A stretch of DNA of 64,000 bases from Squalus acanthias (lineage: Eukaryota). The translations under genes were made by a program, and so were the position numbers. This document shows, one piece after another, positions 1 to 12,836 of this stretch. The stretch is from the NCBI GenBank assembly GCA_030390025.1, contig CM059432.1:93374001-93438000 (forward strand), written 5' to 3'. Within the stretch, counting starts at the first letter, position 1. Each line of letters begins with the position of its first letter. The notes beneath the pieces are model-generated. The model was not told the DNA's origin. It worked only from the letters and a program-made list of their open reading frames with translations, and did not search any database.

Positions 1-177
1 TGCATATTTAAGTTGATCCAATGCTGCTTCCACGCAACTGCCAGGGAGGCCTAAAAACAGCAAGGACCAATATGGTGGCGGCCATGCCGCTGGTGCAGAT
101 TGGACACAAGACCTCGCGGCCAGAAGTATACGTTGCGCCCATTTTACACCCGGAAAACGTATACCAACTTCTACCCC
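1..177. mobile_element. Right end of a Harbinger-type MITE, cut by the window edge
   Basis: Ends in AACTTCTACCCC (revcomp GGGGTAGAAGTT), resembling the termini of other Harbinger-type elements here. The left end is not visible. Confidence 0.45.
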
Positions 178-540
178 AATATAACTAATGCCTCCATCAT
201 CGTTGGTCCAAAACAAAGAACATAAATCCTCTGTTTTTCACCCAGTCATCTTGGGAGAACTGTTCCAGCTATTGTCAGACTGAAGTTCAGCAGTAATCTG
301 AAAATTACACCACGTTCCAAATAGTAAGTCTAAAGTGCTACTCTTTTAAGGTGTCCAAACTGAGAATGTGTGTGTCACATCACTGTTTAGGTTTTATACT
401 ATGTATAGGAAAAACTTTGAATTGTCACTATAATATGATCTCTAAATGCAGTCATCCAGCAATCCAGTTTGTTTGAAAAAAGTGAATGTTATTTAAACCA
501 GTAGCTTTTCTGATGCTCGCTGAGCTTGTGCAGTATGTTT

Positions 541-980
541 TGTTTAATTCATTCATGGGATGTGGGCATCGCTGGCAAGGCCAGCATTTATTGCCCATCC
601 CCAGTTGCCCTTGAGAAGGTGGTGGCGCCTTCTTGAACTGCTGCAGTCCATGTGTTGATACTTTGTAGCAGTTTTTTTTGGTACAATGGAGTGGCTTGCT
701 AGGCCAATTCAGAGGGCAGTTAAGGGTCAACCACATTGCTGTGGGTCTGGAGTCACATACAAGAAAGACTGGGTAAGGACAACAGAGTTCCTTCCCTAAA
801 GGACATTAGTGAACCAGATGGGTGTTTATGACAATCCAGTAGATTCATGGTCACCATTATTGATACTAGCTTTTTATTCCAGATTTATTTTAATTAATCC
901 ATCGTGGGATTTGAACTCATGTCTCCGGATCATTAGTCCAGGCCTCTAGGATTACTAGTCCAGTAACCATTCCCCATAGG
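541..980 (-). mobile_element. tRNA-headed SINE with LINE-derived body and tail
   Basis: Minus strand has a tRNA-like head with B-box GAGTTCAAATCC. Body matches 59220-59400 and tail matches 62215-62300. Second copy at 11838-12212. Confidence 0.75.
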
Positions 981-1217
981 CACAACCATACTCATCTCTT
1001 CATAATAGCTTTATTACATTAAGGAATGTTATACCACAATGCAGTATAACAGATGGGGTTGTATAAACAACTGGGAAATATAATATTTACACAATCCACC
1101 TTTTCTTCACATTTAACAAGGAGTATGGCGATAGCAAAACAAATACGTTGTGAAATAAAAACAGAAAATGTTGGAAATACTCAGCAGGTCAGACAGCATC
1201 TGTAGAGAGAGAAACAG

Positions 1218-1254
1218 AGTTAACGTTTCAGGTCGATGACCTTTCGTCAGAACT
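1218..1254 (-). ncRNA. Minimal type I hammerhead ribozyme motif in Penelope terminal repeat
   Basis: Revcomp reads AGTT-CTGACGA-A-AGGTC(ATC)GACCT-GAAAC-GTT-AACT: core boxes CUGANGA and GAAA, stem II, stem I AGTT/AACT, palindromic ACGT stem III. Confidence 0.75.
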
Positions 1255-1907
1255 GGAAAAAGCTGGAGATGTAACAGTTTTTTAAGCAAGTGTAGGGGCA
1301 GGGAAAGGGGGGAGGGGAGGAAAGAACAAAAGGGAAGGTCTGTGATAGGATGGAAGGCAGGAGAGATTAAGAGACAAAAGGGATATAGGCATCAACGATA
1401 TAGGTAAAAAACGGGATGAGGTCCTAAAAGCAGAATATAGGGAGTTAGGAGGTAAATTAAAAAAGAGGACCTCAAAGGTAGTAATCTCAGGATTGCTACC
1501 AGTGCCACGTGCTAGTCAGAGTAGAAATAGGAGGATATTTCAAATGAATACGTGGCTAGAGGAATGGTGCAAGGGGGAGGGATTCAAATTCCTTGGACAT
1601 TGGAACTGGTTCTGGGGGAGGTGGGACCAGTACAAACGGGACGGTCTGCACCTGGGCAGGGCCGGGACCGATGTCCTAGGGGGAGTGTTTGCTAGTGCTG
1701 TTGGGGAGGGTTTAAACTAAAGTGGCAGGGGGTTGGGAACCTGAGCAGGGAGACAGAGGAAAGGGAAATAAGGATAAAAGCTAAAGACAGGAAGGAGAAA
1801 AACAAAAGTAGAAGGCAAAGAACTCAACGGTTTAAATCAAACATGGTCACAGTAAATAATAATTCATATAGGTCTGAGAGCGTTAAAAAAACAAGCCTGA
1901 AGGCTTT

Positions 1908-2800
1908 GGGGTAAAAATTCACTTGGTTGCGCCACCCGTTAGCGCCTTAAGAGGGCGCTAATGGGGCGCAAAGCCGCTAACGCCCGGGCGCAGCGATGTT
2001 TGCGCCGCTCGAGAACTTAACTTGAGATTGTGCGGCGGCGCTAAAACTTACCGCTGCGACCACCTGCGCGCGCAGATTGTGACGTCATTCCATGGTGCAA
2101 CGCCCTTGGGGCGCCCCGTAGCGGAAATTGAGTGGCGCCCCCTGCCTTACCGCCTGGCGCTTCCAACGACCAGAAGACTGGAACGCTATCAATCGCTGTG
2201 GGGCTGGGGGGGGCGCTACTTAAAGGGGGCCTCTTCTTGTCTTTTATTGTTGGTGGCATTTTTGAACTACGCATTCTGAGAGAGAGAGGGAGAGACTTCT
2301 GGAGAGATTCAACGTTGTGTGAAGGAGTTTTGGGTACTGAGCAGCACTTTGCAGGTTCATTTTGATTTGCCATTCCTTGTATCGATTTAGCAGAGACCGT
2401 GGGAGCTGCACTCTGAGCTCTTTGCCTGGTGCTCTCCATTGTTCTTTCCAGCACATTTGATGTGCAAGTCTCTCCAGGCCGAGATTCAAGGCAGCAATGA
2501 ACAGGATGTGGATGGAAAGCAAGATTAACCATCCCCTTTAAGAACTGGCCCGTGCCATTGTGTGTGTGTTCCATTGCTGACTGACATTACATGAGCTTCG
2601 CCAGCGCTCCGAGTTAGCGCCTCACTGCTCGGCCTTTGCGCCTTAAGAGAGGTGTGCAGCGCCTGATTTAGCGCTCCACTCACCTCCCGGGGCGGTAAAA
2701 GTGAAGTTTCCCGTCAGTGCCGATAATTAGCGCCAGGCGCTAATATTTGCGTCTGGACGATATTTGCGCCCCAAATGGGGCGCGACCTAATTTCTACCCC
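1908..2800 (-). mobile_element. Non-autonomous internal-deletion derivative of the Harbinger family at 19926-24102
   Basis: TIR GGGGTAAAAATT/GGGGTAGAAATT and TTT TSD (1905-1907, 2801-2803). Both ends are collinear with the autonomous copy in opposite orientation. Removing it restores CR1 KALCLNARS. Confidence 0.9.
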
Positions 2801-5597
2801 TTTGTGTCTTAATGCAAGGAGCATTCAGAACAAGGTAGATGAATTAGCTGCGCAAATAGAGGTAAATGAATACGATTTGATTGGGATTACAGAAACATGG
2901 CTCCAGGGTGGCCAAGGCTGGGAACTCAACATCCAGGGTTATTCAATATTTAGGAAAGATAGGCAAAAAAGAAAGGGAGGTGGGGTAGCATTGCTGGTTA
3001 AAGAGGGGATTAACACAATTGAAAGGAAGGATATTAGCTCTGATGATGCGGAATCTGTATGGGTAGAACTGAGAAATAACAAGGGGCAGAAAACGTTAGT
3101 GGGAGTGGTATATAGACCTCCAAACAGTAATTTGGAGGTTGGGGACGGCATTAAAAGGGAAATTAGAGAAGCATGCAGTAAGGGCACAGCAGTCATCATG
3201 GGTGACTTTAATTTACATATAGATTGGGCTAACCAAATTAGTAAAAATACTGTGGAGGAGGAATTCCTAGAATGTTTACGAGATGGTTTTCTGGAACAAT
3301 ATGTCGAGGAACCAACCAGAGATCAGGCCATCTTAGACTGGGTATTATGCAACGAGAAAGGATTAATTAGCAATCTTGTTGTACGAGGCCCCTTGGGTCA
3401 AAGTGATCATAATATGATAGAATTCTTCATTAGGATGGAGAGTGAAGTAGTTGAATCAGAGACTAGGGTCCTGAATTTAAATAAAGGAAACTACGATGGT
3501 ATGAGGCGCGAATTGGGTAGGATTGATTGGGGAATGTCACTCAAGGGGTTGACGGTGGATAGGCAATGGCAAACATTCAAAGACTGCATGGATGAACTAC
3601 AGAATTTGTACATCCCAGTGTGGCATAAGAATAAAACAAAAAGGGTGACTCAACCGTGGCTAACAAGGGAAATTAGGGATAGCATAAGATCCAAGGAGAG
3701 GGCATATAAATTGGCCAGAAAAAGCGGTAGCCCTGAGGATTGGGAGCAGTTTAGGATTCAACAAAGGAGGACAAAGGGATTAATTAAGAAGGGGAAAATA
3801 GAATATGAAAGTAAGCTTGCTGGGAACATAAAAACTGACTGTAAGAGCTTTTATAGATATGTGAAGAGAAAAAGATTAGTGAAATCAAGTGTAGGTCCCT
3901 TGCAGTCAGAAGCGGGGGAAGTTATAATGGGGAACAAAGAAATGGCAGCCCAATTAAATGCATATTTTGGTTCTGTCTTCACAAAGGAGGACACAAATAA
4001 CCTCCCAGAGATGTTGATGAACATACGGTCTGATGAAAGGGAGGAACTGAAAGAAATCAGTATTTGCAGGGAAATGGTGTTAGGGAAATTGACGGTATTG
4101 AAGGCCGATAAATCCCCAGGGCCTGATAATCTACATCCTAGGGTACTTAAGGAAGTGGCCCTAGAAATAGTAGATGCATTGCTGATCATCTTCCAACATT
4201 CGATGGAATCTGGAACTGTACCCATGGATTGGAGGGTAGCTAATGTTACCCCACTATTCAAAAAGGGTGGTAGAGAGAAAGCGGGGAATTACAGACCAAG
4301 CCTGACATCGGTAGTGGGGAAAATGCTAGAGTCCATTATAAAGGATGTAATAGCTGAGCATTTGAAAAACAGTGACAGGATCGGACAAAGTCAACATGGA
4401 TTTACAAAAGGTAAATCGTGCTTGACTAATCTACTGGAATTTTTTGAGGATGTAACTGGGAAAATAGATAAGGGAGAACCAGTAGATGTGGTGTATTTGG
4501 ACTTTCAAAAGGCTTTCGATAAGGTCTCGCATAAGAGATTAGCGGGTAAAGTTAAGGCACATGGGATTGGGGGCAAGGTATTGACTTGGATAGAGAACTA
4601 GTTGGCGGACAGAAAGCAGAGAGTAGGAATTAATGGGTCTTTTTCCAAGTGGCAAGCAGTGACTAGTGGGGTACCGCAGGGATCGGTCCTTGGACCCCAG
4701 CTATTCACAATATACATTAATGATCTAGATAAGGGAATTAAATGTAATATCTCCAAGTTTGCAGATGACACAAAGCTGGGTGGGAGTGTGTGCAGCGAGG
4801 AGGATAGCGAGAAACTCCAGGATGATCTGGACAGGTTGGGTGAGTGGGCAGAAGCGTGGCAGATGCAATATAACGTGGATAAGTGCGAGGTTATCCACTT
4901 TGGTGTCAAAAACAGAAAGGCAGACTATTATCTGAATGGCAATAGATTGGGAGAAGGGGAAGTGCAACGAGACCTGGGTGTCCTTGTGCACCAGTCGCTG
5001 AAAGTAAGCATGCAGGTGCAGCAGGCGGTGAAGAAGGCAAATGGTATGTTGGCCTTCATAGCGAAAGGGTTTGAGTATAGGAACAGGGATGTCCTGCTGC
5101 AGTTGTACAGGGCCTTGGTGAGACCACACCTTGAGTACTGTGTGCAGTTTTGGTCGCCTTATCTGAGGAAGGATGTTCTTGCCATGGAAGGAGTTCAGCG
5201 AAGATTCACAAGGCTGATACCTGGGATGGCAGGAATGACATATGAGGAGAGATTGGGTCAATTGGGCTTATACTCACTGGAGTATAGAAGAATGAGAGGG
5301 GATCTCATCGAAACATATAAAATTCTGACAGGTCTGGACAAACTAGATGCAGGAAGAATGTTCCCGATGGTCGGAGAGTCCAGAAACAGGGGTCATAATC
5401 TACGGATAACGGGTAAACCATTTAGGACAGAAATGAGGAAGAATTTCTTCACCCAGAGAGTGGTGAACCTGTGGAATTCTCTACCACAGAAGGTAGTTGA
5501 GGCGAAGTCATTAAATATATTCAAGGATGAGTTAGATATATTTCTTAAAGCTAAAGGTATCAAGGGATATGGGGAGAAGGCAGGTACAGGGTACTGA
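2775..5597 (+). pseudogene. CR1 ORF2 (AP endonuclease + reverse transcriptase), one in-frame stop
   Basis: Motifs GITETW, GDFN, SDH, QGSVLGP, FADD. ORFs 2775-4601 and 4602-5597 share a frame and are separated by TAG where IENWLAD (TGG) is expected. Confidence 0.9.
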
Positions 5598-7798
5598 GTT
5601 TAGATGATCAGCCATGATCTCATCGAATGGCGGAGCAGGCTCGAGGGGCCGAATGGCCTACTCCTGCTCCTATCTTCTATGTTTCTATGGATGACGGTGC
5701 AAGGCAAAAGGAGATGGTAATGGGACAAGTTAAGAAACAAAAGATGACTCTAGATGAAGTGTAAATGGCAATGGCAGAATGATCGACAGCTGCCATGTGA
5801 GAGAGAAAAATAAAATGAAAAAAAGAGATGGGGCAGAGGTTATGATCTGAAATTGTTGAACTCAATGTTGAGTCCAGAAGGATGTAAAGTGCCTAATCAA
5901 AAGATGAGCTGCTGTTCCTCAAGATTATGTTGAGCTTCATTGGAACAGTGTAAGAGGCCGAGGATGGAGAGGTCAGAGTGGGAGTGGAGCAGAGAATTAA
6001 AGTGACTGGCGACCAGAAGCTCGGGGTCACCCTGCCCCTACACTTGCTTAAAAACCTGTTCTATCTCCAACTTTTTCCATTTCCGATGAAGGGTCATCGA
6101 CCTGAAACGTTAACTCTGTTTCTCTCTCCATAGATGCTGCCTGACCTGCTGAGTATTTCCAGCATTTTCTGTTTTTATTTCAGATTTCCAGCATCCGCAG
6201 TATTTTGCTTTTGTAAATACGTTGTTAATGTGAGAGACATAATACAGACTGTATAGTACAGATATTGTGGTTATTCAAGCTTATCCAAGTGCTCTCTCCT
6301 GCCACATGTATTTTGCCAAAAAGAAAATAATGAAAGCATTTGTAAGTGTTATTTTACAGCTAGTAATCAAACAGCAGAGTAATACTAAGGGGTACTGTCT
6401 CAATCTGAGCCTACCAGCATGGGAGTAAACAAGGAGAAAAGCTGCCTGTCTTAAATTTTTGACTCAACTGGCTTAGGCCCACCCTCTTGGAATGCCAGGG
6501 TGTCAGGAGGAATGCCAGGGTGTCAGGAGGCTCTATGTGCTTTGCTGCATTGGCATCCCTGTTACGCTGCTATGGTGCTGGTGCCTACCCCAATATGGTA
6601 ATGACCTCGTACCGAGGATTTGGGTCAGGGTCATGGCAGGATCAAGACAGTGGGCGAATGTTTCCACCCTACTAGCTATAACTTAGTTTGAACAGACATC
6701 CTGCACACAAATAGGAAGTGAAATATAACCTCATGATTTGCAAAATAAAAATAAAAAGCCTTAGTAAGTAGAATTAGGTCACAGTAATTCTGATCCTAAG
6801 GTCTATTCAGAATGATTGACTGGGCAGGAAGTAAGAGTCTCTTGGAATTTCTGTTAAAATAAAAATCTCCTATAAAGATGAAGGGTGGTCAAATGGCACA
6901 ATAACAAATTGCACCATGCATCAGAAGGAGTTAAGTTTGTGGCCTTCATTTTTTACCTGGTGAGTTTTAATGCAGTTCTAGGCAGTCTGAGAAGCACTAA
7001 GTGGAGATAAAGTGGCTCCATTTAAAGAAGGAAGAAACATCAGAGAAGTGTCAACTCTCACATTTCACAAAGTGTTTCCTTTAAATTACTATAAATAACT
7101 ATAATGTAATTCAAATGAGGTGGTCCTGTCAAGCAATGATAGGTTCATTCTGGTCTCTGGTCTCATTTAGGTGAAACATCAACCAGAAAGAGAGAGCAGG
7201 AAACAAGTGCTTATTAAACCTGTGCACATTCTAGTAACTAAGTCAAGAGCAGCACTTTAAAAGCCATGAGAACAGGGCACGGTTTTTCAGTTCAGAAATG
7301 GAACAAGGTTGGGAGAGAGTGGAATAGTTCTTTAAAGCTATCTCTACATTTCAAAATTGATATTTGCACCAAATTCAGCAATCTCTCTCTGGTCATTTTC
7401 ATGCAATCACTTTCCATCAGCAGTGAGCATGCAACCTAAATTTGTGGGCAGCACAGCATGCTGTTTGATAAGAGAGATAGGTGTAAAGGGTTATATGTTC
7501 TCCTGCTACCCGTGGGCATCTAAAATCCCAAAATATTGGCCACAGTCCTTAAAATGACAGCTGGGGTGGAATTCAGTGCAGTTAAATCAGCTGTGATTCC
7601 AGAAGTTGTAGCTATCATGATACAAACTCTTATCAGATACTTTTTCTTGGTGCCCAATGCAATATCCCCCCTCCATAAACAACCTCTTGCTTTCTATGAA
7701 CCAAAGCATCTCTGAGCATGCAGTTGCTGTAACCAAACTAAAGTGGCTACAATACTGACACAGCTACAAAATCCCATAAAGAAAAATTAAAATTTTGT

Positions 7799-8786
7799 AC
7801 AAAAGCAAAATACTGCGGATGCTGGAAATCTGAAATAAAAACAGAAAATGCTGGAAATACTCAGCAGGTCAGGCAGCATCTGTGGAGAGAGAAACTGGAG
7901 TTAACGTTTCTGGTCGATGTCAGATTCTGATAAAAGGTCATCGACCAGAAACATTGGGCCAGAAATTCGGCTCCCTGGCTTCCCGCGGGTGCAAGGATCG
8001 CGCACCTACCTACCGCGCCTGCCGTTGACCTCTGGGCCCACGGGGACTTCGGGTCCTGGGCCTCCTGCAGCTGCCAGCGCGCAGTGCTTGTGTATCCCAG
8101 GGGCGTAGTTAGTGCGATGCGTCCCCTGGGATCACGTGGGCCATGGAGAGCCAATGGCAGCAGACCATCTTTCATTCATAGATTTGACAGGAAGATCTGT
8201 CAAATCTATGAATACAGATCGGCCCCAAAACATCCCTAAAACTGCAAATATTTTTTTTTAAAACATCACATTTTTAAAATAACTATAAATTACATTAATT
8301 AACTATTTTAAACAAAAATTTAAATTTTTTAAAAATTAATAAAATTTTTTAACAGGGCTAAAACTAAACTTGCCTTTCTTTAAAGTCATTAAAAAAGATA
8401 AATCTGTGAAAAAAATGTTTACATTTTAATAAAATCAACACTTACCTTGTTAAAAGAAGGTCTTGCGCATCCTTTTTAAAAGTGTATCTTCTCCGTGCTT
8501 ACCTTCACGGAGGAACCTGTAAAAAAATCCGAAGTGCGAGGTGAACGCGCTGGCCCTCCGGCGTGCGTGTTCGACCTCTGAACCCCTTTCCTCAGGGGAA
8601 CGGAAGTGCCGGTTTCCCGCGCATGTGCAGTGCATGCAAGAAACCGGCACTTTCGTTCCGTCCACGGGTGAGTACACAGTGCGTACTCACCCGACAACAG
8701 CCGAATTTCTGCCCCAGTAACTCTGTTTCTCTCTCCACAAAGGCTGCCTGACCTGCTGAGGATTTCCAGCATTTTCTGTTTCTATT
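7799..8786. mobile_element. Head-to-head inverted Penelope terminal-repeat fragments with a MITE inserted
   Basis: 7799-7920 is the minus-orientation terminal repeat. 7925-7955 plus 8716-8786 is the plus-orientation copy with a degenerate hammerhead. Confidence 0.7.
7956..8715 (+). mobile_element. Harbinger-type MITE, hairpin family copy 1
   Basis: 17-bp TIR GGGCCAGAAATTCGGCT/GGGGCAGAAATTCGGCT, imperfect 3-bp TSD (ATT/AGT), homologous to 28049-28811 and 49444-50187. Confidence 0.85.
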
Positions 8787-9149
8787 AAAACAGAGTCTTT
8801 GATGATTTAAAGCAAGACAGAGCTCAATCCATCACAGCAGGTACCCATAAATGCTCCTTGGATCCCGATTACAGTGGACGGCACAGTCAATACTGGGGGA
8901 GGGCACATGGGGAATACCCCTGGTTACTGAAATAATACCCCTGGGTACTGAAATATACCAATCAGTGGGAGACCTCATCCAGTGTTGAATAAAGTTGAGT
9001 ACGATCAGTGGCACAACTGTCAACAGAAAAAGGAGCTCCACCAAATGAATCTGGAACGAACAGGCAACCAACATTACACATCCATGAATGTCCATAGATG
9101 GTGTCATGGTTGTGACCCGGGCGCTCAGTTGCTGTGTGTGTTGTGTGCT

Positions 9150-9150
<1 letters not shown>

Positions 9151-9189
<39 letters not shown>
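9151..9189. repeat. (GT)n microsatellite
   Basis: Read directly from the sequence. Confidence 0.95.
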
Positions 9190-9190
<1 letters not shown>

Positions 9191-9989
9191 CTACAGACTC
9201 GTGGATCTCAGCACTGGCTCCTGCAACTCATGTAAGTTTTAACATGTTTTAGTTCGTTAATTAAACGTTGATACCTTCCTTAAACACATGGCTTCGACTA
9301 CTCTCTAAAGATGTAGCGACACAATGGTGTGCCCTGACTCCCTTTGGAGAATTATTATAAAGAAAACACATGGGCTATGAGGGAAGAGGTCTCTCCATTT
9401 GCATCCTGCATGGGAAAGAAGTAGCTCATCCCAGTAGAAACAAATGTCATTGTAGTCCTTTCGCCAGGAAGAAAGGGCTTGTACTATTTAGTGAAGCTCC
9501 CCTAGCTGATGCTTTCTTTTGCTCATAATGTTTAAATAGTAGGAGATTGTTAATGAGCAGAAAATTGTGTCTGTGTAACCTAGACATCTGGATAATCCAC
9601 AAGTGATCTCTGAAGCCAATCTGAGAGTTCAAGATTCAATTAAGGTTCAAACTGGCATTGTTTTTGGCATCATGTGAAAAAACCCCTGAACCTTCAAGTG
9701 GTTGAAGATGTTCTGGGCATTGAAGGTATATGGCTGTTCTGACATTAGTGAGTGGGAATTGTGGCTGAATAAACATTGTTCTGAAGGAATATGTGCTGAG
9801 TCACCACTACTATACTCAAACCTCAGACTGTTAGGAATATTCCCATAGGGAAAGGATGCAGGCAATATATGTACAACAGATTTTAGCATTTAGGGATGGA
9901 ATTTAAAGTTCCGAGAGAAGGCTGGTTATACAGCCAGCCCACAGATAATGGCCTGGATTCCAGTTGCAAAACAAGTATAGGGTATTCGA

Positions 9990-11210
9990 AATAACAACAG
10001 AAAACGCTGGAAAAACTCAGCAGGCCAGGCAGCATCCGTGGAGAGAGAAACAGGTCGAAGACCTTTCGTCAGAACTGGTAAAAAGCAGGAAATGAAATAG
10101 ATTTAAAGCAAGGATAAAGCTGGGAAAAGGGGGAGGGGATGAAAGAACAAAAGGAGAGATTAAGAGACATTGAGAGACATTAAGAGATAATCAAGGCAAG
10201 AGGAGGTGTTAATGTGACAGGTTGAGGCTAAATGAAGTGTGAAATGCACTGGCAGAATGAAGGACAGCTGCCAGCTCTGGGAGGAAAAAAAAAGTGGGGG
10301 GGGGCCAAACAAAAGGGTGGATGAAAAAATATAAATGTGATTGGGGCCGAGGTTATGATCTAAAATTGTTGAACTCTATGTTGAGTCCAGAAGGCTGTAG
10401 GGTGCCTAAACGAAAGATGAGGTGCTGTTCCTCGAGCTTACGCTGCGCTTCCGTGGAACAGTGTAATAGGCCGAGGACGGTGAGGTCAGAGTGGGAGTGG
10501 AGCGGTGAATTAAAGTGACAGGCGACCGGGAGCTCGGGGTCCCCCTTACGGACTGAACGGAGGTGTTCCGCAAAGCGGTCACCCAATCTGCGTTTGGTCT
10601 CCCCAATGTAGAGGAGGCCACATCGTGAGCAGCGAATATAGTATACTAAATTGCAGGAAGTACAAGTAAATCGCTGTTTCACCTGGAAGGGGTGTTTGGG
10701 CCCTGGACAGTGGGAAGGAAGGAGGTAAAAGGGCAGGTGTTGCATCTCCTACGCTTGCACGGGAAGGTGCCGGGCGAAGGGGAAGGCGTGCTAGGGGTGG
10801 TAGAGGAGTGGACTAGGGTGTCGCGGAGGGAGCGGTCCCTGCGGAATGCTGAAAGGGGAGGTGAGGGGAAGATGTGTTTGGTGGTGGGATCACGCTGGAG
10901 GTGGCGGAAATGGCGGAGGATGATCTGTTGAATGTGGAGGCTGGTGGGGTGAAAGGTGAGGACAAGGAGAACTCTATCGTAGTTCCGGGAGGGAGGGGCA
11001 GGGGTGAGGGCAGAAGTGCGGGAGATAGAACGGACACGGTCGAGGGCCGTGTCAACCACAGTAGAGGGGAATCCTTGGTTGAGGAAAAAGGAAGACATGT
11101 CGCAAGCACTGGTATGGAAGGTGGCATCGTCAGAGCAGATGCGGCGGAGACGGAGAAACTGGGAGAATGGAATAGAGTCCTTACAGGAGGCGGGGTGGGA
11201 GGAAGTGTAG
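9990..11210 (-). mobile_element. Penelope-like element 3' fragment with GIY-YIG endonuclease
   Basis: ORF 10353-10745: CTSCNLVYYIRCSRCGLLYIGETKRRLGDRFAEHLRS...GLN. Upstream RT-linker frame 10679-11098 is frameshifted. Terminal repeat at about 9990-10080. Confidence 0.88.
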
Positions 11211-11609
11211 TGTATAGGGTATTGTTTGCTGGTGTGTTGCTTTGTGTGTGGAAACAGGGGTTCTTAGGATCCTTCTCTAAACTTTAAACCAATTTTAGCC
11301 CATGGCTCCATTTCTTCATATGTTTGGTGATGATGTGTAGTCTGCCATCATGAGCAGCAAATTTGCTTCTATAAACAGCAACCAAAATAATCTTTTTCTC
11401 TTAAAACACACAAAAGAAAAAAAGAGCAAGTTGCCTTGAAGCAGTTACATCTCCTGTGGGCTGAACACAACTCACTGAGCTTGTTCAGCCACTTTCTCTC
11501 CTCAAAGTACAAAAGACACGGGCCATATTTTCTTCTGTTTCATAATTATACCAAAAAGGTAGATGCAAGTAAAAAATGTGTAATGCCAGGAGAAATTGCT
11601 TCACACTAT

Positions 11610-12680
11610 GGCCGGAATTTTGGAGGTGGGTTCACTGTCAAAATCACAAAGATTGACAGCGGGTCAGTATCCCGCTGTAAAACCTGTCAGTTTCCCAAGT
11701 GTCGGGTCTGTCATCCCTGAACAGACCCGACACCAAGTGGCGGGTCAGCCAATTTAGATACTTAAAAGCTTGTTAAGTGCTATTTTCCATTTTACCAGGT
11801 TTTTAATGAGGTTCCCAGTATCGCGTCAGGCAAGTATTTTTTTTAAATTTATTTACAGGATGTGGGCGTTGCAGGCAAGGCCAGCATTTATTGCCCATCC
11901 CTAATTGCCCTTGAGAAGGTGGCGGTGAGCCACCTTATACAACTGAGAGGCTTGCTAGGCCATTTCAGAGGGCAATTAAGAGTCAACCCCAGAGTCACAT
12001 ATAGGACATTAGTGAACCAGATGGGTTTTTACGACAATCCAATAGTTTCATGGTCACCATTACTGATACTAGCTTTTTATTCCAGATTTATTTAATTAAC
12101 TGAATTGAAATTCTCCAGCTGCCGTGGTGGGATTTGAACTCATGTCTCCAGATCATTAGTCCAGGCCTCTGGATTACTAGTCTGGTACCCTAACCACTGT
12201 GCTACCGTACCCCATCGTGTTCTCAATGTCTCTCCATTGCTGTGAATAGGTGACAGCTGCAAAAGTGGTATAAAACCTACTATTACACAGCTGTTCACTT
12301 CCCAATCTTAGAAGCTGGAGCCTTCATGATTTGGAACCCACTTTTGAGCTTTATGCAGCTTGGAAGTGTTTGAAGTAAACTCTCTATCCACTGTCACCTC
12401 CTTAGAGCAACCTCTCTCCCCACTGACAGATCACTTCTGTCATCTCAGCTTCAGCTGCCATCTATTCCAGCAGCATCGGTGCCCTTAAAAAAAATCTCAC
12501 CTTGGTCCTCAGAATCCCACCACGATCAGCCCCAACACCAACATCACCAGGCACACCAGCAGCACCAACCTTCTCCGCAATCACCTGATGCTGCACAGGA
12601 CACAGGGTATCAACACCCAACCACATTGCTGCCCGGGTTGAGACAGGAGTGACTAGCGCAGTCCTAGCTATGTCTGCCTT
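11610..12680 (+). mobile_element. Degenerate Harbinger-derived element fragment, same family as 34889-36716, interrupted by a SINE
   Basis: Starts GGCCGGAATTTT. 11640-11770 and 12380-12640 align by eye with 34940-35100 and 35330-35610. Confidence 0.6.
11838..12212 (-). mobile_element. tRNA-headed SINE, second copy
   Basis: Revcomp head GGTAGCACAGTGGTTAGG...GAGTTCAAATCCCACCAC (A and B boxes), with the same body and tail as 541-980. Confidence 0.8.
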
Positions 12681-12836
12681 ATCGTGGGATATGTGGAACA
12701 TTCTTTGTTCCAGTCCTACTCAGGTCCCCTCCCTCACCTCTTTTTCCAGTACATTGATGACTGTATCTGTGCCGTTTCCTGCTCTCGCCCCGAATTGCAA
12801 AATTTAATCAACTTTGCTTCCAATTTCCATTCTTCC

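Larger units (their letters stand above)
1385..5688 (+). mobile_element. CR1 LINE (ORF1 3' end, ORF2, 3' UTR)
   Basis: ORF1 esterase C-terminus (DGLHL) at 1493-1720, APE+RT ORF2, and 3' UTR ending ...CCTACTCCTGCTCCTATCTTCTATGTTTCTAT. Confidence 0.93.
1152..6214 (-). mobile_element. Penelope-like element fragment with inverted terminal (pLTR) copy, interrupted by a CR1
   Basis: 1152-1310 and 6030-6214 are inverted copies of the same terminal sequence. 5840-6030 encodes the degenerate GIY-YIG C-terminus on the minus strand. 11-bp TSD AAATACGTTGT at 1141-1151 and 6215-6225. Confidence 0.8.

Noticed and set aside
12125..12212. tRNA gene
   Set aside because: A and B boxes belong to a SINE head. 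No convincing cloverleaf.
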